A DNA stretch of 64,000 bases from NCBI GenBank assembly GCA_965603825.1, contig CBFDEM010000033.1, forward strand, positions 186,001 through 250,000. Reading direction: 5' to 3'. The DNA comes from Blepharisma stoltei ATCC 30299 (taxonomy: Eukaryota > Protista > Ciliophora). The notes under the pieces are model-generated. The model was given only the letters and a program-made list of their open reading frames with translations. It was not told the DNA's origin and did no database searches. The position numbers and the translations under genes are program-made. Shown in pieces: positions 12,960 through 24,355 of this stretch (positions are counted from its first letter, which is position 1; every line of letters begins with the position of its first letter).

Positions 12960-13709
12960 ATGGATGTCAGATATGTACTTTTTATATCTGTGCTATTGAT
13001 TATTTCTAGTGGTTTAGCCGTTCCTTATCTATATGAATCATATAAAAATGAGCTGAAAACGGATGCCTGAAGAACATGGGGAAAATTGATTTTATTTGCT
13101 TTCTGCTTAGTTTGTGGTCTAATCCTAGTGTTGACAATTCATGTTCATAGTAAAAAATTTGAACTTTTCGCGTTGAATCTAATCGCATTATTGACTGTGT
13201 TATGTGCCTATTATATAACATTTGGCTTGAACTTGTCGTCTTTAAAACTTTGCTCAGCGTTTTCTGATATTTGCTTATATGATTATGATAAAAAGTTTGA
13301 TTGCATTAAGGTAAATGAGCCAGAAACTTATCAAGGATTTTTGCATATATCAAGTTTATTCGTTATGCTAACTGCCATTGTAAACAATAATTAGGCTCTC
13401 AGTGCAGATTGTCTCTTGAGAAAAATTCTTGAGTCACAAGAAGTCAAGGTTATTCCTCCAGTATCTGGAGATCTTGATATCGAAATTTCTGAAAATGATG
13501 AATCTAAAGTTTTGCCATTGGACAGAACTCAGGATGTTTCAAGTAATGTAACTTATATTACTAAATTGGATTCAACTGGGAGAATTGATAATAATCAAAA
13601 TAGAAGAGTTCCAGAGCCAAAAAAAGCATTTATAAAGTTCCCTTATGAAAGTGGAGATTTAGCTCACTTAAATGGGAAAACAAGTGTAAATATAATTCAA
13701 GATTTTTAA
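12960..13709 (+). CDS. multi-pass membrane protein (244 aa), one intron
   Basis: ATG 12960, TGA 13068. Removing intron 13380-13394 joins the 13086 and 13416 ORFs in frame. Confidence 0.75.
13380..13394 (+). other. 15-nt spliceosomal intron GTAAACAATAATTAG
   Basis: GT-AG, A at +10; removes an in-frame TAG. Confidence 0.85.
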
Positions 13710-13923
13710 TTATGAAAGCTTAGCAATTGAGTAGAAGGGAACTATTAATTCAATATAATTAAAGATTTTATAATTTAAACTTTATTCAATTCATATCTTT
13801 TCTTTAGCTAGTGGCATTGATTGATCATATAATTCTTAGCAATGATCATCATCTTGCATCCAAAAAATAATTTTTTTAAAGAAGAAAAGAAATAATTAAT
13901 GAATAAAAATGGACCATTAATAA

Positions 13924-15975
13924 ATGTATTTACTTGCCTTGCAATTTCCTATACCATCAGAAAAAAAGCGATCTGATACCGATGAAAAATTTGAGGGTGC
14001 TCTAGAAGATATTTTCGGGAAAACTGATATTAGCCACTTTGAGTGTTCTGAAAGAATGCCTTCTTTATGCCGATTATATGCTTCTCAGTCCCTAACAAAA
14101 TTTGAAGCGATGGAACTAATAAGATTCAGCGTCATTGAAATCCTTCACAATTGTTGTGGGATGGGAACTTATATGTTCCAAAACATAGAGAATAAAGAGA
14201 TTTTTTGCAGGATAAGATGCCCTGACGACATATTATTGGAAGAAGCTCATCTCTATAAAGATAATTTTCAAATGAACCCAGACCTTGAAGAATCTTCTGA
14301 TGTTAAGCTCATAATGCCTTATATTCCTTTTAATAAGCAGAAATATGAAAAAAACCCAGAACTGTATGCGAAACATGGAAAAGGTATATTGAAAAATATA
14401 GATAGAATTAGAATAATGGAAAGATTGATTCAGGCCCATATCAATATTGAAATGATGATTAAAAATGGATTTTTGATTGATTTTTTCCCTATTCATGAAG
14501 AATCAAGCCTTGATTCTATTGAAGAGTCGCTTTTGGAATCTAATCAATTGATAGATTTAAGGATGCCAATTTTGACGATTAAGGATTATTTTGGAGATAA
14601 ACTTGCTTTTTATTATATATGGCTGCAGTTCTTTACGAATAGACTTTTCATCCTCAGCTATTCTGGATTAGCATTTTGTATTATTGGATACTATATCGCT
14701 GATATTAATCAGATCAGCTTACTGCATAAATGGACTGAAATTATCTTTGGAGCGACACTCTTTTTATGGATTATCTCTTTTATTGTGTACTGAGGAAGGG
14801 AGTCTCAATTTTATGCACTTCAATTTGGAGCACAATACTATAAAGAAAATGACCTAGTGAGGCAAAATGTTGATCACAAAACAAATAGAAACTCGATTCT
14901 GATTCAATTTCAAAATCTCTTATCAGCTAAGGCTATGAGACAAGTCTTTTCAAATTTTATAAATTTATTTGTAATTGGATGAATTTTGCTTTTATCTAAT
15001 TCAAATTTATTTTATTGAAAAATATTTGAGAATAATTATGGAGAAAATTCATATATTTTTGCATCAATTTTAAATGCCTTGCAAATTGTTTTCATGCAAA
15101 AGATTTATGATTATGTTGCTTTCAAGCTTACTAATTATGAAGATCACAAGCTTCAGTCAGAATTTGAAAATTCATTAATTATGAAAAGAGTTGTCTATCA
15201 ATTAGTGAATTACTTTTCAAGGCTGATCTATCTAGCCTTTATTAAAGAGCATTTTGAAATCTGCTACCATAATAATTGCACCGATGACCTCAGCTTAAAT
15301 TTATGGATCTTTTATATTGTATATATTATATTTAACATAAGCCAAGTTATTTTGAAGCTTTTGGGAGCAAATGCAAGATATAAAGCAGAAGATTCAAAAA
15401 TAAAAATTCAATATAATAAAGGAGAAATTCCTAGAATGGAAATAAGCCACTTAGAAGCTGAAGGAAAATTTAGCAAAATTGATTTAATAGATGAATATTT
15501 GCCATTAGCAATGAATTATGGATTTATCGTGCTATTTTGTATTGCGTTTCCATTGGGGCCTCTTATATTTTGGCTTTATAATGTTGCTTTACTTAAGCTG
15601 AATTCATATAAAATTATATATTACTCTAAACGCCCAATGCCTGAGGTTTCTGGAGGAATAGGAATATGAAATGATATAATAAAATTTTTGTCATATGCAG
15701 GATTAATTACAAATATCGGACTCCTAGTACTAAGAGATAACATTTTTAACTTCAATTATCATTATAGATGGTGAAATTTCATAACTCTGGAACATTTAAT
15801 GCTGGGTTTGATGATTTTCATTCTTGCAAGCTATCCTTTAAAGTCAGACTTTATGAAGGATATTGAGAATAAACAAAATTCTCTAATCAAAAAATTTTAT
15901 TCTAAAAGTTATTCAAAACCTATATATGAGCCAAGATATACCGTTGATCAGAGTATCAATATGAAAGATTGCTAA
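13924..15975 (+). CDS. anoctamin/TMEM16 family channel or scramblase (683 aa)
   Basis: IKDYFGDKLAFYY.WL, LTNYEDH....FENSLI.K, DEYL..AMNYGF..LF..AFPL.P, RP......GIGI-W. TGAs at 14791, 14980, 15016, 15667, 15772; TAA 15973. Confidence 0.92.
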
Positions 15976-16110
15976 AATTATTAATTTCCTTTTACTATTT
16001 AGCCAATCTTTGTTATTTAAACATTATTTTAAATTTATTAGTAGTTAATCAAAAAATTATAATAAGATTAAAGACTTTTCTATTAATTAAAGCAATAATT
16101 CACTGAAAAT

Positions 16111-16831
16111 TTAGTGCCCTTCACTTTGATTTATAGGTGATTGAATTTGGTTTGTTTTACTAGAATTGGCTGCTGTATCAGCTTGAATCATATCGTTTAG
16201 CTTAGAGATCTGGAAATTTTGATTAATCATTTTTTTGCCAATTTGTTGCATCATTACTTTATGATTCCAGCCAGAATTATTCTTTGGCTTTTTAATCGTA
16301 TTAAGATTGCTTTCAATACTTTTTGACCTAACAGACCTAATATCTGCGTACATACTTTTATTTGTTCTTCAAGAATTTTTTGCAAAATTAAACTGAGGCA
16401 AAGGAGAGTATTTCCCATAATCAAACCCTGAATTTTGCAGCACAGAATTAGGTCGATAAGGGGAAGCTTCTTTGCCATCTAAAATTCTCCTTATCTTCTG
16501 CGCTACCATTCTAACATTTGGTCATCGTGCAGATTGCAGTTTTGATACTACAATATCTCCTCTAAAATACACTTCAAATGCCCCTAGTCTTGGAAATATT
16601 GATTTTGGGCTCGAGTATACCGAAGCTCCATAAAGGACTTCTCTAACCATAGGTGTTTCTTGGTTGATTAATACCAACACTTCAGGGCATAACGATTCAA
16701 TTTCTTCTTTTAATTTTTCACACAACGATACATATTTTTCTTCATCATGATTTGTGCATCAGTTATGAGTTTTACAGTCCTTGCTAAAATAAGCCTTACC
16801 AATGTTCAATTATGACTTCATTAGATTTCAT
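16111..16831 (-). CDS. Rdx-family (SelW/SelT/SelH-like thioredoxin fold) protein with CxxC (234 aa), one intron
   Basis: Splicing 16784-16799 gives MKSNEVIIEHCKDCKTHN-W-CTNHDEEKY. Later PRLGAFEVY...VSKLQSAR-W-P. TGAs at 16759, 16522, 16369. Confidence 0.82.
16784..16799 (-). other. 16-nt intron GTAAGGCTTATTTTAG
   Basis: Removal creates the first Cys codon (TG|C) of the CxxC motif and joins ATG 16831. Confidence 0.85.
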
Positions 16832-17116
16832 TATCTTAACAGATAGTTTGAACTATTTTTTCAAGCTTAATTTTAAATGAAAATGTTCAGCAAATTAAGC
16901 TTTTCTTATAACCTAAAAACAGATTCTTGCCTTGGTACTTCAAAATATTCTATTAAAAATAGGAGAAAAATAAAATCTTTCTGTTGCGCTTAAAATGATT
17001 AAAATAATGTTTTTTGCTATTAATAATCTTTAACCTTAACCTTAAAATCCAAAGTAATATTATATTCTGCTATATAAGCATGCATTTCTTTTCATATTTG
17101 TTCTCCCCTTTATAAT

Positions 17117-18073
17117 ATGAAAGTTGTTGCCTTAATTCTTCTTGTGTCGATCGGCGCATTTTCTCAACAGCTCCCATTAGACTCTGTCAAAGTCTTCCTA
17201 GACGCAGCCCACACTGCCTTTACTGGTGTAGGTGTTAACAACGAGAACTGTCTCAACCTTTCTGAACAAGACGCCCTCTTAACCCGCGTCATCAAGCTTT
17301 TTTCAGATTTCAGTGACTTTGCATCACTCCAACAGCTTTACCTCGATGTCGTAATGTCAAGCAACGAATTCAAAGCTTTCTTCGCAGATTGTGATGTCAG
17401 CGCTTTTACCAATGCAATCTCAAACAACTTCGAAAGATTTGGCACTGAGTTCATCCTTGATAAAGCCGTTGGAAAATATGACGAAATCCAAGTCAAGGCC
17501 CAAAGCGTAGCTGAAGCCCTCAGCCAACAAAACTTTGCCCAAGCTGGAATTGAATTCGGAACCCTCTTCGGAATGGTCTTTGAGCCAGCTGAAGATGCAA
17601 TGCTCCACATGAACTTTGTAGGAAACGCCCTTACTCCTTTTGCCCATGACTTCTGCAACTTTGTGCTAGGACTTGCTCTTGGATTCCAGAAATCACCTAC
17701 CCCATTGTCAAACTGCTACAATGACACTAAGCTTGTGAGAAGTGCTTATGATAATGCTGACGCAATGATTGACAAGTGCTTGAAATTCAACTTCACTGCT
17801 TGCAATAATGTTCCAGCCATGTTGACTTTATTCAACACACAAGTTATGGAAAGCTACAATAAATGCGATATCCAAATCTTGGTTACAGATATTCAAGGAC
17901 TTAAAGAGCCAGTTAACTTTAGCCATGCAGTATTCCTTTACTTCAGCAATGAAGTAGCTATTAAAGGGTACTTCAATAACATGGAAAAGTCGTTAGCTAA
18001 GGGAGATTTCTTAGGTGCAGGACAAAACTTCGCCTCAATTTTCAGACTTGTTCTTGGCTTCTCGGTTAACTAA
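17117..18073 (+). CDS. secreted helical protein with two-fold internal repeat (318 aa)
   Basis: Signal peptide. Each half ends in a similar helix (QNFAQAGIEFGTLF / GDFLGAGQNFASIF). Several Cys and N-glycosylation sequons; C-ending codon bias. Confidence 0.85.
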   Translation: MKVVALILLVSIGAFSQQLPLDSVKVFLDAAHTAFTGVGVNNENCLNLSEQDALLTRVIKLFSDFSDFASLQQLYLDVVMSSNEFKAFFADCDVSAFTNAISNNFERFGTEFILDKAVGKYDEIQVKAQSVAEALSQQNFAQAGIEFGTLFGMVFEPAEDAMLHMNFVGNALTPFAHDFCNFVLGLALGFQKSPTPLSNCYNDTKLVRSAYDNADAMIDKCLKFNFTACNNVPAMLTLFNTQVMESYNKCDIQILVTDIQGLKEPVNFSHAVFLYFSNEVAIKGYFNNMEKSLAKGDFLGAGQNFASIFRLVLGFSVN

Positions 18074-18517
18074 AACCTCTCTTCTTACTAATAATTATCG
18101 AATTATTTAATTAAGTAGTCAAAGATTTTATTAGAGATTTATTCTCAAAAACTTCAAAAAATCATTCGATTTAATAAATATAGATGCGGATTAGATTTAT
18201 TCAGCATTCTCAATATTAAAGTCAATATAATTTGGATTATTTTTTATTGGCTTAAATTTTTTAGTTTTAAATAGATGCTAAACTGCAGCATATGTAAATG
18301 ATATACTTCATATGAGAATAATAATAATATGATATATGGAATTTATAGTTGTTTTATATTATATTTATGCTGATATTGCATAAAATCTCTACATAATATG
18401 ATGATTGTTTAAACTTATAGTTGCTTTTTGATAAATAATACTCCTTTTGATGTTTCTTAATTAATTAAAGAAATAAACCTTTCATAAATCAGTTATAAAA
18501 CTCTAATTAAGCTAAAA

Positions 18518-18775
18518 TTAAGCTTCCTCATAAATTCCTTTCTGCCAGTCAGCATATACAGATTTCAGACCTTCAGGGGTTGTGAATCTCTCATAACGAG
18601 TAGGGCAATCTACATTAAACCAAAGAACCTAAATATGCATTACTCTTTCTACGTTGCATTTCATTGGCACATCAACATCCTTCACAGATTTTTCATGGAG
18701 ACAGGTCACATAATTTTTTTCTAGCATTTTGCACTCAACCTCTTGATTCATAGGAGGCTTATAAAGGATATCCAT
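18518..18775 (-). CDS. small twin-Cys (Cx9C/Cx11C, CHCH-like) protein, probably mitochondrial intermembrane space (80 aa); absent from the ORF track
   Basis: MDILYKPPMNQEVECKMLEKNYVTCLHEKSVKDVDVPMKCNVER|VLWFNVDCPTRYERF...IYEEA* after removing intron 18629-18643. Confidence 0.8.
18629..18643 (-). other. 15-nt intron GTAATGCATATTTAG
   Basis: GT-AG, A at +10; removes an in-frame TAG. Confidence 0.85.
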
Positions 18776-18961
18776 ATTTTTATACTTTTATAGCTTCTCA
18801 ATAGCTTTAAAAGATATTTTACTCTTCCTAACTTCTAAAATTTTTATAAAATAAAACTGCCACTTTAGGAGAATGATAGAAGGAGATTTAATAATAAACA
18901 AACCCTAGCCAAAATAGGATTATAAGTAGGGATTAAAAAATAATTTATTTCTTAATGAAAT

Positions 18962-20182
18962 TTATAAAAAATCTTCATCCTCTTCTTCATCTAGCCCTAG
19001 CTCTTCTAAATCTATTTTCATTTCTTCCTCTTCCTCAGGCACCTTTTCTTCTTCATCCTGACTTTCTTCTTCTTCTGAGCCTATCCCATAAATAGGGAAT
19101 CTTAAAAGTGCAGCAATTCCTGACAATTGCTTCAGCTTTTCTCCAGCCACATGCAAAGATGAAATAACCCTAACGCTACCTCCATGTGCCTTTACATCTT
19201 CACTTATTTCTGCAATAGACTGCCTAACGCTTAATTGCTTGAAGTTTCTCAATATTGCATCACTTACCAATAGCACATTAATTGCCTGCATTCTAGCTGC
19301 CAACTGTACATCTGCTAATGAATAAACTGCTGAATTGGGGTCGACACTTAACACCCTGAAAAATTCTTCTAAATATTGTAAATCTTGTGAAAATTCTGTA
19401 TTGCTTAGCATTTCTTTTACCTTAGGGTCAGATAAAGACTCATCTAAAGCTTGCTTTTCTCCACTACTAGCATGAGTCAGCATAATTTTATTAGGACTAT
19501 ACCATTGTGGCTTCTCCTGTTCTAAATAGTTAACAAATTGGTCTTTTACAAATCCAGGACTTGCAATCAGTATACATCTAACTACATCGAAATTAATATG
19601 CTGAGCTATCCCTTGGTTGCATTTTTCAAAGAATTTTTCTAACGCTTTATCATGTCCGGAAGCTCCTTTTCTTTTTCTTGGTATCTGGGTCTCTATTTTT
19701 GATTTTATTATTGTAGCTGTATTAGTAATCAAACAAAGATGAGCCAATCCTTCTTCCATAACTAAAGCAGCAACCTCACAATGTGTAGCTGGGTTAGATG
19801 CTTCTTTAATTCTGTCTATATGTAGCGCATCCCATTGCCTCTTTATTAAAGTGAAAGGAATGTGAAGCTGCAAATCAAAAGTATGATGCTGGCCTAATTG
19901 GAGATATTGGTTTTCTGATATACACTGACCACTTATTCTCAGCGTAGGACCTTCTGGGTCGTAGTCTACATTTCTTATTCTTAGTAATAAAGAAATTTTT
20001 TTCTTTGTAGTGACGACAGAGCCTGTTTTGCTTTCTTCTTTTATTTTTCTCAATGTTGTCGCTTTAATAGCGTCTCCATTATTGATAATGTTGTAAATGT
20101 GCCACATATCGTCAGGCACATCCATCTTGACAGTGATAGAGCCTTGTCCACCTTTAACTAAGTTCTGGTTAAGGATCTTCAT
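18962..20182 (-). CDS. PELO: Pelota/Dom34 ribosome rescue factor (406 aa)
   Basis: MKILNQNL start; DDMWHIYNII, LGQHHTFDL, IPRKRKG, ASPGFVK, GEKLKQLSGIAALLRFP; acidic tail. Confidence 0.95.
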   Translation of the reverse strand: MKILNQNLVKGGQGSITVKMDVPDDMWHIYNIINNGDAIKATTLRKIKEESKTGSVVTTKKKISLLLRIRNVDYDPEGPTLRISGQCISENQYLQLGQHHTFDLQLHIPFTLIKRQWDALHIDRIKEASNPATHCEVAALVMEEGLAHLCLITNTATIIKSKIETQIPRKRKGASGHDKALEKFFEKCNQGIAQHINFDVVRCILIASPGFVKDQFVNYLEQEKPQWYSPNKIMLTHASSGEKQALDESLSDPKVKEMLSNTEFSQDLQYLEEFFRVLSVDPNSAVYSLADVQLAARMQAINVLLVSDAILRNFKQLSVRQSIAEISEDVKAHGGSVRVISSLHVAGEKLKQLSGIAALLRFPIYGIGSEEEESQDEEEKVPEEEEEMKIDLEELGLDEEEDEDFL

Positions 20183-20198
20183 TATCTTTATTAAATAA

Positions 20199-21080
20199 AT
20201 GGAGGAAGACAAGAACAAGACGGCAAAAACTTTACCAGCACAGCTGAACAGCATAATGATAGCAAATGCGCTGGACTCCCCAGCTGCCCACACTTCTTTT
20301 GGAAAATTGCCCTTAGCAGATGAAAAATCAGCCCCAGTTTTCAGCTTTGGGACTAGCACTCGTGATCAGTTACAGAAAGTTTTTTACTCAGAAGAGCTCA
20401 ATGCTCAGCCTTGTAAAGCTGGACCAGGCCCAAAATATGAAGTCCAAGACAACATCAATTTTAAGACATTGCCTGATTTTTCTTTTGGAAAAGACAAAAG
20501 AGTTACGTTAGGGAAGCCTCAGCATTATTACCATTATGATATACAAGATACGTTTACTGACCCAATTAAGGCGAAAATTTATACTAAACCTAATAATGGA
20601 AACACAAAATTCGGGACCGAATCCAGGATGCCGCCTCCAGAAATTCAAGGGACGCCTGGACCTCAATATTATCCGCCTATTAAACCAGAGGTAAAATCTG
20701 CTCCGAAATATACGTTAGGGGCAAGAAGGACAAATCCTAGCGGATCTGTGCTAGAAAATCAGATATCAACGCCAGGAGTTGTAGGGCCAGGAAGATATGC
20801 CCCTGAAAGTGCAGCTTATACAAGTGTACATAAAGACCCACCTACATGGACGTTTGGAAATTCAGATAAAATAGGGAAAACTGCAAAATCTGTTACTAGG
20901 CATCAGACATATGATACTCATAGTCAATCTTGTGGGCCACAAATTTCGTCTAAAAAGAAAAGCGCTCCCAACCCGAAAATTGGGACTTCTACGAGAGATC
21001 AAGTAGCGAAGCTTGGGACGTTTAAAGATATGATGGCTACTCAGCCTATGAGAGTGCAACTTCCTCACCCAACATTTTAA
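20199..21080 (+). CDS. SHIPPO/PGP-repeat ciliary protein (ODF3/STPG-like)
   Basis: Repeated (T/G)PGP.(Q/K/R)Y followed by P.(F/Y/W)(S/T)FG motifs. Confidence 0.85.
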   Translation: MEEDKNKTAKTLPAQLNSIMIANALDSPAAHTSFGKLPLADEKSAPVFSFGTSTRDQLQKVFYSEELNAQPCKAGPGPKYEVQDNINFKTLPDFSFGKDKRVTLGKPQHYYHYDIQDTFTDPIKAKIYTKPNNGNTKFGTESRMPPPEIQGTPGPQYYPPIKPEVKSAPKYTLGARRTNPSGSVLENQISTPGVVGPGRYAPESAAYTSVHKDPPTWTFGNSDKIGKTAKSVTRHQTYDTHSQSCGPQISSKKKSAPNPKIGTSTRDQVAKLGTFKDMMATQPMRVQLPHPTF

Positions 21081-21164
21081 GTGTTTTTTAAGATAAAACA
21101 GTATGATAAAATTTAAATTTTTAATAATATTTGATAAATACCTGTCTTTATATATTTTGAAATA

Positions 21165-22319
21165 ATGGACCAAAAAAGCTCAGAGAGCACAGAAAGTACA
21201 AGAAAAAGCTCAAGATCAAATAGTGGACAAGCGGCTGTGTGGAGTGAGGCAAATAATGAGAAATATTTACAAAAGAAAGGAAAAACATGCAAAATATGCG
21301 GATTGCATTTCGGACCCTTTGTGCTAGTGCAGAAATTTGAGTGTGAGTATTGCAAGGAAACAGTCTGTGCAAAGTGCTCGAATTCTCAGCCGTCAAGTTC
21401 GGGACCTCAGCATACAGTAAGGGTCTGCAACAATTGCTATACTGAATCTATTAAAATTGATGTTGCAAGCAAGCACCATATAGAAGCCCAGGAATTTCAA
21501 AAAATCTTAAATGAAATCAAAGAGAGCTATGATAGGGCCAAAAAAGAAACACAAGAAGAAATCGAATTGAAAAGACAAGCTAAACATAAATTAGAAAACA
21601 TCGATAGTATCATGGAGGATGAGGAAAAACAGCTCGTCAGGGATATTGAAATATACAAAGATGAAAACTTTAAATTAGAAGCAGAATTAAAAGAAAAAAG
21701 CTTAAAAATTAATGACATAGAAAATGCTGCTAAAGATAAAGAAAAACGAATTTTAGAAATAAAAATTGAAATCAAAGAAATTGAAGAGGCTAAATCAAAA
21801 GACTCAGGAAAAGCTGAACAGCTAAAAATTGCGATCAGAGAACAAGTTTTAGAAAATAAAAAATTAGAAGAAGATGCTATCATTGCTGAAGTTGCCTATA
21901 AAAATTTACAAGAAGCTATAATCAATGCAAAAGCAATTGATGAAAACAAATACAATCAAAGAATGTCTAAAATAAGAACCCAAATCGAAAATATAAAAAG
22001 GCAAAATACAAAACTTGGTAAAAAAATTGATGATATGAAAGAAGAAAGGGTGCTCAGAGACTCAACGATTTCAGTGCTATCACAGTCTTTTATCGCAACA
22101 AAAGATGATGATTTTGGTAAAAGCTTTATGAATACAGAGCTTGGAATCAAATATAAGCCTTTAAAAGAACAATATCGAAGCCAAATAGAAGAAATATGCC
22201 AGCTCAGATCTCAGTTAAGTGGGGTTAGAAGCTTGGACAGGACAGAGTTTAGTGCTGGCGATTATACTGAAAAGAATGATCCAATGACCCGAAATCCTTG
22301 TAAATGCCTTATCCAATAA
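21165..22319 (+). CDS. FYVE-type zinc finger plus coiled-coil protein with C-terminal CaaX (CLIQ)
   Basis: W...CKIC...F...CEYC...VCAKC...VRVCNNCY; long coiled coil; ends CKCLIQ*. Confidence 0.85.
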   Translation: MDQKSSESTESTRKSSRSNSGQAAVWSEANNEKYLQKKGKTCKICGLHFGPFVLVQKFECEYCKETVCAKCSNSQPSSSGPQHTVRVCNNCYTESIKIDVASKHHIEAQEFQKILNEIKESYDRAKKETQEEIELKRQAKHKLENIDSIMEDEEKQLVRDIEIYKDENFKLEAELKEKSLKINDIENAAKDKEKRILEIKIEIKEIEEAKSKDSGKAEQLKIAIREQVLENKKLEEDAIIAEVAYKNLQEAIINAKAIDENKYNQRMSKIRTQIENIKRQNTKLGKKIDDMKEERVLRDSTISVLSQSFIATKDDDFGKSFMNTELGIKYKPLKEQYRSQIEEICQLRSQLSGVRSLDRTEFSAGDYTEKNDPMTRNPCKCLIQ

Positions 22320-22620
22320 TAATATTAGTTTATAATTTAATAGTATGCCAATTACTGTACTTGGCGAGCAAAACTCTTTTATTTACAGTTTCGCATTAAA
22401 TGTAGCTCTATTGTAACACTCTTTATAATGCAGTCCAAATTTGTAATTAGAGTTAACTAATGATTTCGAACCAACAGCTTGAATTCTTATTAGCGGGATT
22501 TCAGCAGTAATTGTTGTGCATATTGTGATAGTTTTTTTATAAACTCTTTTTAAGTATATGCGGAAAATTGACTAATTAATGATAATAGATATGAAAAGTA
22601 AGCAAAAATCTAAGCCATTA
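21948..22620 (+). repeat. left copy of ~670-bp inverted segmental duplication (partner ~30770-31447)
   Basis: 22098-22169 is identical over 72 nt to the reverse complement of 31229-31300. Similarity continues through the VMA21 region. End points are approximate. Confidence 0.92.
22345..22575 (+). pseudogene. VMA21: VMA21 pseudogene
   Basis: Colinear with the intact gene at 31052-30815 from ATGCCA to AAGTATATGCGGAAAA.TGACTAA. Carries indels and stops; the intron donor GT has changed to CC. Confidence 0.85.
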
Positions 22621-22844
22621 AGTAGCTTAATAAAATTATTTTTTGCAAATATTTCAATTTGGTAATATCCATGCTCAAAATTCTTCAAGCTTTTCTCTTT
22701 TTCTTTTAAAATTTGGATATGCGATGAAATATTATAAGAGCACATTTGTGATAAAATTGTAATAGTTTGCACCTAACCGCAACAAAAATTTCGGGAAAAT
22801 TCTTTTTTTTCTACTTCTTTATACTTAACTCTTTAAAGTAAAAC

Positions 22845-24152
22845 ATGGAGTCTCCTCAAGAAGGCTGTTCAAATTCCTCTGATTTTCTCCAAAAAATTGC
22901 ACAATTAGAAGAAGAAAACAGAACCCTTAAAATGCAATTGGACGAAAAAATCGCAGAGCTTGAAGAAACGAGAGAAAAGCTAAAACTCCTTCAAGAAGCT
23001 CAACTTGATAATAAAATCCCAGAAATTACTGAACCAAAAAGCCCTGGTTATGAAAATTGCATAACATCTACGAAAACTCCTTCAATGATCTTAATTGACA
23101 CTGTAGACTTCGAAATAAATGTAGATGAGTCGAAAATTTATAATAGAGAATTGCATACAAAACCTGATCTTGTCTTGAGCACATTTTTCAGAAAGCTTTT
23201 TTTACAAATTTCAGGACGAAAGTGGACACCTCTTGATTTTTATGAAAAAATCGCGGCATCGTTTGGCAATGCTCTTTCATCAACACAATTCAATGATGCA
23301 TTACAGAACGAAAAGCTGCTATTCGGGGCTAATGAAAGAGACACTGTCTTTTCTATTCTTCAAGTAGACGGCTCAGTCCAATCAGAAGTTTTATTGCATC
23401 ATCTCCAAGTCCAAGTAGATGAGCATATGTCTAATAAAAGTTCCGATATATCTTCACCAGCCAGTAACAATGAAAACATTGCATCATTTGCACCAGTTGA
23501 AATATTAAAAAGTGATATAATTGACACTTTAGACAAATTTTCTGTGCAGATTTTGGCAAATCTCAAAACAAGCCAAAATTTTAAAGAAAAATGTATGGAA
23601 ATTTTTCCTGAAGAAGTAAAACTGGAGAATATGGTGAAGTTATTATTAGATAAAGATAGTAGGATTGAGGATGGGCCTGATAGAAATAAATTAGCATCTT
23701 ATTTTATGAAAGGAAAAGAGTTTGCTCAAAGAGAGGGACTGATAGAAATGATAATTAATGATTTATTCCAAGATGAAACTGAGATGCAGTTAATTGGAGA
23801 TAGGGATGAAATAACGCAAATATATGAAAGAAAAGCAGAATTTATTGATAAGTGTATAGAGGTTGATAGCAGAGATACAGGATGTGTTACGTGAAACCAG
23901 ATAGCAGAAATTTTGCAACAATTAAATATTAATTTATCAAATACTGCATTGAAGCAGTTTGAAGTTCAGTGCTATGCAATAAAAAAATCGTTTAATTTTA
24001 TCCCATATCAGGAGATTTTTGATGATCCGATTCAAATAATTGAACACTCAAAGCCTGAAACGCCTGTAAGCAGGCCGAGCCTTGGGAGACTTATGACTAG
24101 ACTAGTTAATGATAGCCCTTTTGATGAAGAGGAAGATCAAGATATGAGCTAG
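22845..24152 (+). CDS. coiled-coil protein with degenerate EF-hands (435 aa)
   Basis: TGA 23892 joins the two ORFs inside an EF-hand-like loop (VDSRDTGCVT-W-NQIAEIL). Confidence 0.75.
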
Positions 24153-24355
24153 TTTCTTACCCATCTATATTTATTTAAAAAAAATTCAATCAATTTCAAC
24201 TATTTTGCATTAATTTTAATAGCTTTTTTCTGCTTTTATACTCAATATAACTAAAGAAATTAGATACTTAAAGTCTGTCTATCTAAATTATAAGAAAAGA
24301 TGGTGTCATTAGATAAATCAAAATTCACTTTAACTCTTCCTCAAATTTAGTAAAT

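Noticed and set aside
20183-20359. 59-aa N-terminal extension of Pelota overlapping the SHIPPO gene
   Set aside because: It begins at a non-ATG codon and is the antisense shadow of the neighbour. Pelota homology starts at MKIL (20182).
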